A DNA stretch of 63,717 bases, the filler included, from Asterionella formosa (taxonomy: Eukaryota): NCBI GenBank assembly GCA_002256025.1. It is 24 parts of 24 records of this genome, joined end to end, with 100 filler letters (N's around TTAATTAATTAA, not from the genome) between each part and the next. Parts side by side here need not be neighbours in the genome. Positions count along the whole stretch, not along the records: positions 36,849 to 55,101 come from NKIB01004135.1; 23 more parts are not named here. One strand, given 5' to 3'. Within the stretch, counting starts at the first letter, position 1. Each line of letters starts with the position of its first letter. Positions 38,440 to 50,722 of the stretch are shown one piece after another. Under the pieces are notes generated by a model. The model was given only the letters and a program-made list of their open reading frames with translations. It did no database searches and was not told the DNA's origin. Made by a program: the position numbers and the translations under genes.

Positions 38440-39960
38440 AAAATCTAACAAATGCAACCATTTGCACTTCAAACGTTCGTTGATAAAATGGGCAATTGAA
38501 AGTCATTGTAAAAAGAATCCTTATTAGTCTTGTGTTTTCTTAGCAAAATAAAATATATGATGCCGATCGACTGAAGCGAAATGAGGGGTTGATCACTGCA
38601 TTTTGATTTTCAACTTCTCCATCTCTCAGTGAATCTTTGCAGCGGCATTCCAGACTTAATCTTTCTTCATATGAGAAAGCCTAAGTCTGGAATGCTGCCA
38701 AGATTCACCAAGAGATGAAGAAGTGAAAATTTGCGAAGCACGTCGATTTCATAATTTCGGAGATTTATCACTCGTATATCCTCCTCATGTAGAAACCTTC
38801 GTAGACTTTGTTCTCCTTCTGATAACAACATGGTACAGCTAGCAACCAGCATTATCTAGATATATTAGTATAACAAGTGCCCAAGTCCACAATGACGGAG
38901 CCAGTTAAAGAGACCGTTACTCTACCAACTTTCCTCTTTTGCGCATCTATTCCAAAGGCCTACTGTCTAAATAATAGAATCAAGTCATGCCATGAATGCT
39001 ACAACTAATGAGAGAGCTGGCTACACTCTAATACAAGAGCTACAGAAGGATAAACGTCATTTTCATTGCAAATTGCGGGGTAAATGTTTTGTCATTAGAA
39101 TCCACTAAATCCAGGAAACAAGCTCTGCTCCCTCTCATCACTATCAAGATTTCCTATTCTGGCTACCCAGAACCTTCATTACCTGATCCACTCCTGTTGG
39201 CTCTGTCTGAGTCATCAAGCAACAAACAAGCTGCCATCATTTTGAACTAGTCAACAGTCCGTCATTCATTGCTGTCAGGAAATGGGAACTGCGTATTTTC
39301 CTCTGGGAACTCACTCACTTCTTGTCTATTTACATTCATCCTCTTTCTTGTGTAAGCTGCAATCGAAATCCCATGAGGAAAATACAATTGATGGCTGATT
39401 GACAAGTGGTGGAAGACAAAGAAAATGGATTTGAAATCAATCATGGGTACCCAGACAAGGAACCGATTGTCAAAAATTTCTCGCAACCCAACAATCAGCA
39501 GATCAGCTGGAATAGCAGAAGCGATTTCGGGATGCTCGGTATCAATATGTCTAAAGGGGAGTTGACAGAAACTTGCTCCGAAGTAGGAAAAGTCACATAC
39601 AAAAACATGTTTTATCTACACTCGACCTCGTATCACATTTTCCGAAAGGAACGCAAAAGAACGCGAAGTTTGCTAAAGAACGCAGAAAGGATTTTCTCGC
39701 TCTTTTGCGAACTTCGTAATCTTTTGCATTCTTTTAGCTAAAGTCTTCTTGTTCGAACTCTCTCAGTGTGATACTACCACCAGATAAACGTTATCTTGCC
39801 TTGTCTTGGAATTAATGTTTATATTTTCCCTGGATGTTTAATGCCTTATCAGAGCTCAAATTTGATTTGACGAAGTGACAGTTTTGTGTATTTTTCAAGA
39901 AGTACGCAAACTTTGCAAAAGAACGCGAACCTTGCAGGAGCACAAGCGACTAGAATTTCG
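38440..39960. repeat. Degenerate interspersed repeat related to 10550-12330, with repeated GAACGCGAA motifs toward the right end
   Basis: Colinear homology blocks; gaacgcgaag/gaacgcgaac motifs at 39650-39940. Confidence 0.6.
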
Positions 39961-39991
39961 TATGATATTTGGGAAATAAACAGCAAGGTCT

Positions 39992-40344
39992 GAGGGAATG
40001 GCTTAGTGGTTAAGCAAGTTGCCTTTGATCTGAGGTTGTGAGGTTCGATTCCCGCAATTCTTTTGAGAAGCAATTGATGGGTTCGACTCCCACACTCCTT
40101 ACCGACCTGCACGGTCTTGCCTGGTGTGCAAGAAATAGTGGTTGCCCCCTACAAGCAGCTTGTCCCACCTCGGTCGGAGTTTCCCCAAACGCTGCTGCCA
40201 AGACGATCACCTTTCGCGAAAGGTGGTTGGGGACTCGCCTACGATAACAAAACTAGGGAAGCACAGGTCTTGTCGGCAGGTAGCACAATGAAATACTTGC
40301 CTTGAAAGAGGGGAGTACGAATGGGCTATAAAACATACTAACTT
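39992..40344 (+). mobile_element. tRNA-derived SINE-like element, copy 2, with TSD
   Basis: A box TGGCTTAGTGG 39999-40009, B boxes 40042-40052 and 40080-40090; flanking direct repeats taaacagcaaggtctg (39977) and taaacagagaggtctg (40345). Confidence 0.78.
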
Positions 40345-40704
40345 TAAACAGAGAGGTCTGTGCACGATACACATTAGGAATTTTCAACATACCGAGGAAG
40401 TTCGGAGTACCGTACCTCCCGGTGCTATTATGAAGTACGGGTAGTACAGTGAACGTATAATATGGATGGCTTTGCTGAACTTTATTTTCTCATATACCCA
40501 GTATACAGGTATGTATCCAGTTAAGAAAAGTATCCATAAGAATTGTCTCGTCAGAGCAAACCCTCAGCCGCCAGGCGACAGAACAAATAAACCATCAAGA
40601 AGTGATGACAAAGTGCGCAATCTAAGAAACAGCTTTAGATCGCACACTATTGCAGTTCTAGCAGTAAGTAGACAAGAAAGTGTGTACCATCAAAGTTCCA
40701 ATCG

Positions 40705-41013
40705 ATGGCCATGATGAAGAGACATCAAGACCCAGAAGCTCAGGCTGCAGTTGTTCCTCTCAAGACAGCAAAGGACGATGAAGATGAAGATGAGGAGAAA
40801 TTCGAAGTTGCCAGTTTGGGCAAAGAGTCACATGCTCGCTCTTTGATGAAGGGAATTAGTTGGCGCATTTTCGCGACTTTGACTACAATGACAATCGCTT
40901 GGTACATTACTGGAACTTTGAAGACTGCCTTCGAGATTGGGTTTATTGAGTTCTTCATCAAGATTGGGATATATTATGTTCATGAACGAATTTGGGCGGC
41001 TATCAGAATCTAG
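40705..41013 (+). CDS. DUF2061-domain small membrane protein
   Basis: ESHARSLMKGISWRIFATLTT...KIGIYYVHERIW. Confidence 0.85.
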   Translation: MAMMKRHQDPEAQAAVVPLKTAKDDEDEDEEKFEVASLGKESHARSLMKGISWRIFATLTTMTIAWYITGTLKTAFEIGFIEFFIKIGIYYVHERIWAAIRI

Positions 41014-41218
41014 GTTTCTATCTGGCGGAGTCAACTTTGTTTCGCTTGAGAGCCACCAAGGATAATCTATGTTTAGGAGCCGGGTTGCTCGTATCCAGCT
41101 CCTACCTAGGTGCATTCAACTCAGAGGCAGTATTGCTTTTTGAACACTACATTAGAATAAGGGTGTGGGTGTAGCCCATAGCTGCCTTGTGTCAGCCTAA
41201 CTACATGTAGTCCCCATA

Positions 41219-42100
41219 TTACCCTTGAGTCGCCGTGACTCCCTTTCGCTCCAGCTCTTCGAGGTGCACATAGGTGTTTCCAACAGGCAAGAACTCCTCA
41301 AGGTGTTCCCATGCCAAGAGGTGCTGCTTCTCGGCCGATGGTTGGATGGTGTCGATCTCGGATGGCTTCAAGTTGGCAATGAATCGAGCTGGATTACCTC
41401 CCCACCTCTGACCGGAAGGAATACAAGCATAAGGGGGAACCACCGTACCTGGTTCAAGAATAGTCTTCGACTCAACGACACTTCCTTCCAAAATAGTGCA
41501 CTTTTCACCGATAATAACGAGATCGTCAATAGTGCAAGACTGCAGGACGCTTCCAGCTCCAACAGTTACATAGTGACCAATGTGACAGACTGGAGGAAAG
41601 CCAGATTCCAGAGTCGCCTTTTCAGAAAGAGTGCAAACAACACTGCCTTCACCAACAGAACTGCTAAAACCAATAGTAATTGGGTGCGTTTGATCTGCTC
41701 TGACAACAGCACCATACCAGACGGTCGATTCGTCCCAGTTAGTTACATCCCCAATGACTGTCGCAGAGGGAGCAATAAAGGTGTCGTTGGTAACAAAGGG
41801 GGCGACACCGTTCCAAGGGATGAGGTGTCGGTGACGGCTGAAAATCTGTCAGCGACAACCAAGAAATTGATGATGATGGAGCGCGAGGGTTAGGTGGACC
41901 ACAATCAGCACCTTTAGTAATCTTGGGCGTCGCAATCATGTTCCCCTCGCTAATCTACATTCGATACTCCACAGTCCTTTGTAATAATGCTGCACGATGT
42001 TGTGTTTCCTTACCTCCATCAATTCTGAGCCTTCCTTCAAGGCGGCTCCAGCTTCGCGAAGCCCGCGTCCAACAACCGCCCTTAGTGCGTTGCTTGTCAT
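41219..42100 (-). CDS. Gamma-carbonic anhydrase-like protein (likely mitochondrial complex I CA subunit); exons 42100-42014 and 41845-41219
   Basis: GTAAGG...GACAG intron gives a continuous frame: IFSRHR, FIAPSATVIGDV, VWYGAVVRAD, hexapeptide repeats, WGGNPARF. Confidence 0.9.
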
Positions 42101-42689
42101 GGTGTTGGCTAGAACGAGAGAGAGATTCAACGAAAGTCCCTCTGCTGTCTTGTTGGGTTTCTGTGTTGACGTGTGTTTGCTCTGCTGCTGGCGGCCCTGC
42201 GTTGCATTTTACTCGCTCGCGCTGTACACCAAAAAAGCAACAAGCAAAAAAGAGCTCACTTTCTTTGTGATGATTCAAAGATGTGACGAATATGCACACC
42301 ATAGTATATATAGCCACATACTACCGATAGACTACCAGGTACCGTAAATGGCTGCTGGTGCAATAACGTTTCCGGGTCGTTTTGGTACTCTTCCTGGTAG
42401 CTTGCACCGTAAGGTACGGTACCATGCTACCTGGTACTGTACCAGGTACCCTGGTACCGGGAGTCAGGTACCGGTAGGAGCACGTGTGTTTGTTGCTCCT
42501 TGCGGATGTACTCCTACCTAGTACCGGAACCGGTACATAGCTGGTCGCCTGCAAATGATGCAAACGTAGAATACATGCCTGCAAGTTGCAGTAATGTTGC
42601 TGAAATGGAGAACATGACACAGGACAGGCATTCATAAAGACTATATAGAGAACATCATCAACTCTCTCTTTGAATCAACAGACCCTTTA

Positions 42690-43871
42690 AAGGCTTCTTT
42701 AACCCAATGTCCAAAACTTGAAGTTTGGAGGTGAAACCTCCACAAATGAATTCCACAGCAGTGCCACAATCCTTAATTGCATTTCACCTGGAACTTGTCC
42801 ACCAGTAGGTAGCTTGGTTGAGAATCATGGCTGATTGTCCATGGCTTCCAAACTTCCCAAATCCAAATCGCAAAAACTGACTCATTGACCAATGCCTTGG
42901 TCTGACAACCACAGTAAACCATCTGCGGGGAACAGGCAAACTGTTAATTGTTGAATTCACATTGGATCCTGGTGTCAGGCACTCCTTTGAAAACAACAAG
43001 AGGAGCAAGCTTCTCTCCAGACATGAAAACACCCAACAACACTGTGCAACGCATGCTGCTGCCATTGGTGCATAAACTAATGGTTTTTGCACCTTTATCA
43101 GCTAGTGCAAGCCCTTCTGCCAAATCAAAGTATATGTTTGTCTCATCTATATTTACAATACTAGGGCAATGAGGATATGACCCTTCAAGAAACTGCATGT
43201 AAATGTATTGGAGATACTCCTGCATGAAACTCAGTACATATCGCGTGTTTTGAGCCTTGTGGGTGATACAACAATAAACAATCATGTTTTAAGATGTGCA
43301 CCAACAATGAGCTACACACTTTTGCATGACGCTCAAGCTAACATGATGTCCCAACAAGCACTTCTGTTTGACAGCAAGCAACATGATCGAACAAACATGA
43401 TCATTATCATGAAGCTGGTCATACACTAGATGAATTGCAGCAAATTCAGCTTTTCTTTTGCTATGAGGCTTGCCTAAATGGAAAGTCTGGTTTTTCAATA
43501 GAAGACGACCTTCACCTGACAATAAACCTTCTACATCGGAATATTTAGTCTCGAAATCATCAAAGTTCATTTTCCAGCAATGAATTTGGCTGGTGCCAAT
43601 GACATAAATATGTGCAACAGCCTTAATGTTGCCGGGGAGTTCCCATGCTTCATCCGTGATGTCGCGTTTTTCTTGCAAGGTGAAGAACTTTCTCATTTTT
43701 CACTTTATGGAAATATTTTTCATATTATTAAAATAAATCTTAGGGAAACGCGCCATACACAAGTCCAGTATAAGCGAAATCTCACCATATTCCTGGACCC
43801 CACTTAAGTAAAATCAGTCAAAATCAGTTACAGCAGTGTACATTAGGGGTAGAGGACACTGAAGTATACGG
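42690..43871 (-). mobile_element. pogo-like (DDE_1) transposon, degenerate
   Basis: NIDETNIYFD, KGAKTISL, RCTVLLGV..SGEKLAPLVVFKG; HTH-like N-terminus; terminus CCGTATACTTCAGTGTCC. Confidence 0.85.
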
Positions 43872-44108
43872 TTTTTTGACCAGAGGGAGTACAAGGTAAT
43901 TGGTACCAGGTACCATGATGTACACTATAGTACCTGGTACCTGGTAGCCTTTTCGACCGTACAATGATAAATTGACCACTAAAGAACTGCAAACTAGTAC
44001 AGCAGACTTTATATAGTCTATTATTCCTTAGCATGGAGACTTGATGAAACTATCAGTAATAGGTGATGAGTGCAAGTCGAACTTATACTAACAAATAGTG
44101 GTTGGTAA

Positions 44109-45924
44109 GAGCATCGCCACTATTTTCGCCACCGCATCGACCAAGACCAAATATGCTTTGTTCTTGGTCGAGGATGACCACCTTATCGACCAAATATCAG
44201 GAATTTGGTCGATTAGACTCCAACCTTAGCCAAATAAAAGGAGCATTTCTATTGGTTTAGATTGTGGCTCAAGCCGGCAACCGAACGTTTAAAGTTTAAT
44301 GAGTGCATACATAATTACAGTACATGCACTAGTATAGTCTGCCTCTTCATGTAGAACTCTATAGACTAATGTGATCTTAGTTTGTATCCATATTGAGTCA
44401 ACATCATAAAACAACAATCATCATCAGGATGGGTTCCGGTGTCATGTGGGAGAAGGAAGAGAACGAAGCACTTTCTTGGGCCTGGGTAGCAGCAAGTGAA
44501 GACGCAATCACTGGGATTGGTGGTCAGAAAGCAAGCAAGTTTTGGAGCAGGTTATTCGAGATTTACGTTGAGCTTGTTATCCCAGATGGGAAGGATTACA
44601 CCTCAACAGCGTGCACTGCCCAATGGGGAACAATCAATCAAGATGTGACAAACTTTTGCGACCTCTATTCACACTAAGTCAGGATGACGGAAAGACGACA
44701 ACTCCCTTGAAGAAGCAAGGGAGCTATTTAAATTAGAGGGAGAAGGAAGGAAACTGGATAGAGAGTTCGTGTTCGAAGGGTGTTGGCGAATTCTGAAGGA
44801 TGCCCCAAAGTGGAAGGGTGTGCGTGGATATGTCAGAGATCAGCAACAAATCACAAAGAAGGGTCCTGAGTTACTGGAGGTGCTTCACATTGGGATGAAA
44901 GCAGCATCATTGAACAAAAACATGTGCAGATGTTGGAAAGAAAGGTGAAGATGCAATGTGATGAATTTTTGTTCAAGATTTTCAGTTTCCTGGCGCTCAT
45001 CCTTGATGATCATGTTGTGCAAAATGATGCATGCAATAATTACACTGTTCAAAGCACCCACTGACCAAAGTTTACATGGAAGTGCAAGGATCCTCCACCT
45101 GGCCTGTAAAACTCTGAATGCTTGCTCGACGTCCTTGCGCTGTTCCTCCTGACGCATCGAGAAATAACTCCGCTTTGGACCTTGTGTCTCTGAAATTGTC
45201 TTGACAAATACATGCCAATTTGGGTAGATTCTGTCAACCAAATAATACCCCAGATTGTGTTGTTCGTTGTTGATGGAAAAGTGTCCTACTTTTGGAGTCC
45301 TTCCAGCAGACAAATCATGGAAAAAGGTGAATGATCCAAAATATTAAGATAATTGTTTGCCCTGGGCATTCCAAACCATGCAGGCCAGAATCACTTAAGT
45401 CTACAATCAACTGCCACAGCTTCCAAAGCAATAGTCGCCACTCCTCCTTTTCTTGATATGCTCCTGCTTGGCCTTCTCGCTTTGCTTCGTCTGTATATTG
45501 TGGAAGTGGAAGTGGAAGAAGCGATTATCATCTGACAAGTTGCTATCATTGCTCATTTTCGCTGTGTATAAATAGAATCATATTTATTGGTAATAAAGAA
45601 GCCACAATTCTCTACGAACAATATTCAAGTACATAATGGTGGTATTTTTTGATGGGCTGTACCAGATAAGCGTATTGCTAGCTGTTTGAGAATAAGGTAT
45701 GTATGCGCCTACTTCATGAATTAAAATCGATACACACTTAACTGCAGTCTACCTTTATTTCTATTGGCTATAAATTTCGGGGCGAGATTTGACTTAAATA
45801 GGATTTGGTCGATGCGGTGGAAGAAGAAAAAATTTCGACTATTGATTAATAAATTCTCGACCAAGTGACATGTATTGATATTTTCAACTGCAATTGGCTT
45901 TGGGTCAATGCGGTGGCGATGCTC
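44109..45924. mobile_element. PIF/Harbinger element with TIRs, TAA TSD and two convergent decayed ORFs
   Basis: TAA|GAGCATCGCCAC ... GTGGCGATGCTC|TAA; plus-strand Myb/SANT-like ORF (EENEALSWAW...CWRILKDAPKW); minus-strand transposase (GYYLVDRIYP, RKDVEQAFRVLQARW, ACIILHNMII). Confidence 0.92.
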
Positions 45925-46040
45925 TAATGTACGATATCTTCAAAATTTCCATGCCTAGCTATAACTCCGTTTAAAGCCAGCTGAGTTCTACAAGTTATGT
46001 TGGCTGATTCAAGGTGAGGCTGTATGTTTCCAATTGCGGC

Positions 46041-46787
46041 TCAACGATTCCGTCGTTTACGTCTCAAAACCCCATCAACTTGATCATTCGGACGCTTAAG
46101 TTCTCCTGAATCAAGCCTAAGTATCGATTGCGAATCCTTCGAGTTCTTAGCTGCGTTTGTCACCATGTTAGCCAGTGTCCACATGCCTCCGTCCCGATCC
46201 AATCCAGTGGATCCATGTTCTTCAGTATACTTAGCAACTTCCTTTATTGTTTGAGGATCCAAATCGATAGAGAAGGGTACATCCTTCCCAGTCTCCTGTT
46301 TGAACCATGCATCAAAATGTTCACCCATTCGTTCTGCCTCTTCCTTAAGTAGAATTTCACCATCTGGTCCAGAAACCATTTGTTCAAAAGCAAACCGCGC
46401 TGCAATAAACCGGTCTCTCATCTTGTCGCGTTTTGCGACATCTTTGACAGCTGACGTATCTGGATGATTCTCCATGGCAATCTTGATGAACGTAGCTTTG
46501 GCGACACTGTAGTTTGTCGATTCCGCAATGCCCAAGACTTTGAAAGGGTTGCCACCTTTGCGCCGATTATAATTTCGTCCGCCTGCTTGATTATCTGAAA
46601 AGTATCGGCGCTGGGAGCAGGTGTTTCCGAAACACCGAGTGTTTCCTGATGGAAGGTATTGGTGGAATGCTATTGGCGATGATGTATGCAGGTCCCGTAC
46701 CGGTAGTCCCATTCTATTGAAGGACATAGCAGCATATCCTTGCAGCCGACTCGCTCCTTTTTGTAGTAAAAGACTGTATTTGTTCAT
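46041..46787 (-). CDS. J-domain (DnaJ) protein, probably mitochondria-targeted
   Basis: NPFKVLGI...FIKIAMENHPD; Arg/Ser-rich N-terminal presequence. Confidence 0.85.
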   Translation of the reverse strand: MNKYSLLLQKGASRLQGYAAMSFNRMGLPVRDLHTSSPIAFHQYLPSGNTRCFGNTCSQRRYFSDNQAGGRNYNRRKGGNPFKVLGIAESTNYSVAKATFIKIAMENHPDTSAVKDVAKRDKMRDRFIAARFAFEQMVSGPDGEILLKEEAERMGEHFDAWFKQETGKDVPFSIDLDPQTIKEVAKYTEEHGSTGLDRDGGMWTLANMVTNAAKNSKDSQSILRLDSGELKRPNDQVDGVLRRKRRNR

Positions 46788-47009
46788 TTCAGCAGGAAAC
46801 GTTAGTCTTGGTTTTGCCTAAAGTTTATCTTTGTGTTGCTCCTTATTCTTTCAGTGTGGGAAAAGAAACAAGCAGGAGTAGTCTAATAAAGTTGTGAGCA
46901 CACGAGTTGCTTGTGGTTCTGGTCCTTCCATGCTATACTGTTTGTCGACGGTTGTTGTTCTGCCTAAACAAAATTGTTCACGATATATCATGATGACATG
47001 CATGACTAC

Positions 47010-49220
47010 TGAAGGTAATACACGACCGAGGGTGCAGTCTGCCTACATACCGGTAGTTTGTATGTTGGATGCGAACTAGCCAATTGCCCATCATATAAAA
47101 CATATTTTGTAGATTTCATATGTACAGTTTTTGGATTACTCAATCCTGCAATTGCCCATCATATAAAACATATTTTGAATATTTCATTTGCTCCGTTTTT
47201 CGACTGCAAAACTACCTTTAATATTTTCAATAGCCCCTAGATTTTACTGCCGAAATCGACTGCCGTTTATATAAGGGAATTTGATACTGACATCTATTGC
47301 CCCCCTCTGGACTGTCATTTACTTTAGGAAAATCGACTGCCGAAATTGGACGAGAGTAGGAGGAGCTACATGAAGGCACGAAATGATGGTTTTCTTTAAA
47401 GTGTTGACGGCAATTCCACTATTTACATCCCTGCTATCTTCTAGGATGCTCCGATGTATACAAAATCTGGTCATTGATGTCTCAAACATCGACTCTTCAT
47501 CAAATGGATCTGGCTGGTTGTTGGATAATTCGACTTCTTATGGGATTCATATCGTCACATCGTGCTTGCTTCGTCACAGTGGCGCCAAAATTTCGGTTCC
47601 CCTTTCTGTTGATTTCCGATAGCCTTTCTGGGCAACTCCTTCGCTAGATTTGATATGTAGTGATAAATAAATTAATGATTGTTCAGAAGCGACCTCAATC
47701 AGTCGTTGGGTATCAAAACTCGAAACGTTATGGTAGGTCAAAGTTAGGCTTCCATCTCGTCATTGAACCGGTATTTTCGTCAGATATGATCAGCCGTTAA
47801 AATTTAACTTTAATTTTGTAGTATGTTTTCTACGTGTTCTACACTATCTCAAATCAGATCTCGGCAGCAAGTTTTAGTGCTCATGTGTTGACTTTTTTCC
47901 GCTGTTCTACAATAGTATTGTTTCATTGCTTGCTTTCTAATAACAACATTTCTTTTGTTACTTCTGTACAATCTTCTACAATGAAAACGAAAAGTCGTCA
48001 ATCTCAATAAGCTATCGCAAACTCCGCAAAGCAGCCGGAACATGATGGAACCGGTGTTCTGCATTAACTCGTATTCAACAAGGAAGAGAGGACAGTTATG
48101 TGCTTGTTGATTGTTGTTGTCATGTTTGAGATCCCGTCATGGTCAAGTATACTTATTATGAAACATTTTTCTTCCTCTTCAGAATGTTGATGAAGGCTAT
48201 TGTCATGTTACTCCTCCACTTCCTGATGATGCAACAAATCAGTATCCACTGGTCAAACCAGCTTGTCCAATGAGGTGAAATATGTTGCCAGTTGATTGCT
48301 GTTTTCACAAGGTATAATAAACACACACTACCATTATTCTTTTTCTGTTTCCCAAAGCTAGCAAGCCACTTTTATCGAAACTCGCATGAAGATTGCAAAG
48401 TCTTCAGGTCACAAACAATGTGGGCAACATATCTCGCCAGCACCAACAACATATCACTCCATTGCTCCCTATCAACCTACTCAAACCTGTCCTCCTCAAT
48501 TTTTCAAGCCACAAACGCCCACATCAGCCAGTAAATTTTCGACGCATCCTGCTCCTCCTTCTGCCGGATACTACCAGAAGTCTGCACCACCAGCATCAAA
48601 CCTCCACTATCAAGCTGTTGCTCCTCCAACACCTCCGCAACCACAAGTCCAAATCAATACAGAAACCAGCAATGCCTCTAAATCCATTCAGGCATCGGTT
48701 TCTGCTCCTCCAGGCCCAATCTGAACATTTCTGAAATTTTTGTCATTGCAACGACAAAAAAGTGTGAGTTGACAATTGTTAATGAATATGCGTTGACAAA
48801 TTTTCACACGATTTTTCCGCTGACCCATTTTCTTTTTCACTTTTTATTCTACTCCCTGCTTGTCATTTTCACATCTTACCTTTCGATTTCCGTTTCATAC
48901 TTTGGTTGCTTAACAACATTGTGTCGAATTTTCGATGCTTGTTACAATCATTCTTGTGTGACTATTTTTTTCATGCATATACCGGTACCGGTATATTCGG
49001 TGGTCCATGCATTTTTGATGTGTCTAAACTTTTTCCCATGAAAATTCTACTCTTGACGTTGCTCGATGGGTTCCTCCTGCTCAAACCTAAAATTGACTGC
49101 CGAAAAATCCACTGTGAGCCACATTGCCCCTAGATAAAAAATTACTTAAAGGAACCAAAAATTACTTAGACACCCACAGTTCTCATCGAAAAGCAGGACA
49201 ATAGCTAGGGTGGGGATTGC
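47010..49220 (+). mobile_element. Composite non-autonomous element, copy 1
   Basis: Colinear with 49495-51894; ends GATAGCTAGGGTGGGGATTGC; carries a ~670-bp segment (48270-48940) absent from copy 2. Confidence 0.8.
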
Positions 49221-49494
49221 CGGTCCAGAACTGATTGTACCGGTATACCATCTCTATCACATATGATATGACAAGAGTATAAAATATATTGCGGTTGAAT
49301 GCAACGTAATCTACTGTTAGCTAGATCGGATAAGAGCAACAGCTGATAACTAGTATTTCTTCACTTTGTCTTATGCTAAAAAAATTGTAGCTGATGATTA
49401 TACACCATTATATAAAATGCATCATATGATGGGCAGTCTACCTGTTGGTATCAGGTACATATGCCAGTGGTATCTTTGGGGAGGTGCGGCGGTT

Positions 49495-50685
49495 TCTACT
49501 GAAGTTAAGACACGACCGAGGGTGGAGTCTACCTACCTGGTACCTGGTACCAGTACCGGTACTCGTAATCTTGCTGTGTTGGAGGCTTGGGAGGCGCGAG
49601 TACCGGTGGAACGAGTGGCGCCAGGCTAGGCAATTCACAACCTAGCTATCGACGCGCTTTTCGCCACTACATTGCCCTTTCAGTTAACATTGAAAACCTA
49701 TTTTAGATAGTTTGTATGTTACATGCGAACTAGCCGATTGCCCTTCATAGAAAACATACATCGGATATTTCATATGTTCAGTTTTTTGATTACCGGTACT
49801 CAATCCTGCAATTGCCCTTCATATAAAACATTTTTAGTATATTTCATATGCTCCGTTTTTGAACTGCCAAACTACCTTCAATATTTTCAATAGCCCCTAG
49901 ATTTGCCTTCCGAAATGGACTGCCTGTCTATTTAGGGGAAACGGATTGATCATATCTATTGCCACCCTATGGACAACCATTTACTTAAGAAAAATGGACT
50001 GCCGAAATTGTAAGCGAGTAGGATGAGCTACATGAAGGCACAAAATGATGGTTTTCTGTAAAGTGTTGACGGCATTTCCACTATTTACATCCCTGCTACT
50101 ACTATCTGCCAGCATGCTCCGATGCATACAAAATCTGTTCATTGATGTCTCAAGTACCAACTCTTCATCAAATGGATCTGGCTGGTTGTTGGATAATTCG
50201 ACTTCTCACAGAATTCATATTGTTGCATCATGCTTACTTCATCAGTGGCACCAAATTTTCGGTTCCCCTTTCTGTTGATTTCTGATGGCCTTTCCAGCCA
50301 AACCCTTGCTTCTCTAGATTTGTAATGAAGTGATAAATAAATAAATATTGTTCAAAAGCGACCTCAATCAGTCGTTGGGTATCAAAACTCAAAACGTGGT
50401 AGGTCAAAGTTAGGCTTCCATCTTGTCATTGAACCGGTATTTACGTATATTTTTTAGTATGTGTCCTACACCACTGTATAATTCAGTGTCCTGCCCCCCC
50501 CCCCCATGTACAATTCCATGACTGAATTTGACTGATTATAGCTACTTGAGGGGGATCCATTTATATAGTGGTGAAAGTTCCCTTACACTAGACCAAGAAA
50601 AAATTAGTACTACTACCGGATGGCGACTCGCCAGCAATCTAGCTAAGGTATGCAAACAAAANNNNNNNNNNCCCCCCCTTGTTAA

Positions 50686-50722
<37 letters not shown>

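Noticed and set aside
39992..40065. Functional tRNA-Gln(TTG) gene
   Set aside because: Anticodon and acceptor stems pair poorly, there is an extra B box, and a shared downstream body plus TSD indicate a SINE head.
41846..42013. Possible intronic C/D snoRNA (GCGAGGG...CCCTCGC stem, ATGATT, CTGA)
   Set aside because: C box is degenerate and the terminal CTAA is better read as the branch point; no guide complementarity identified.
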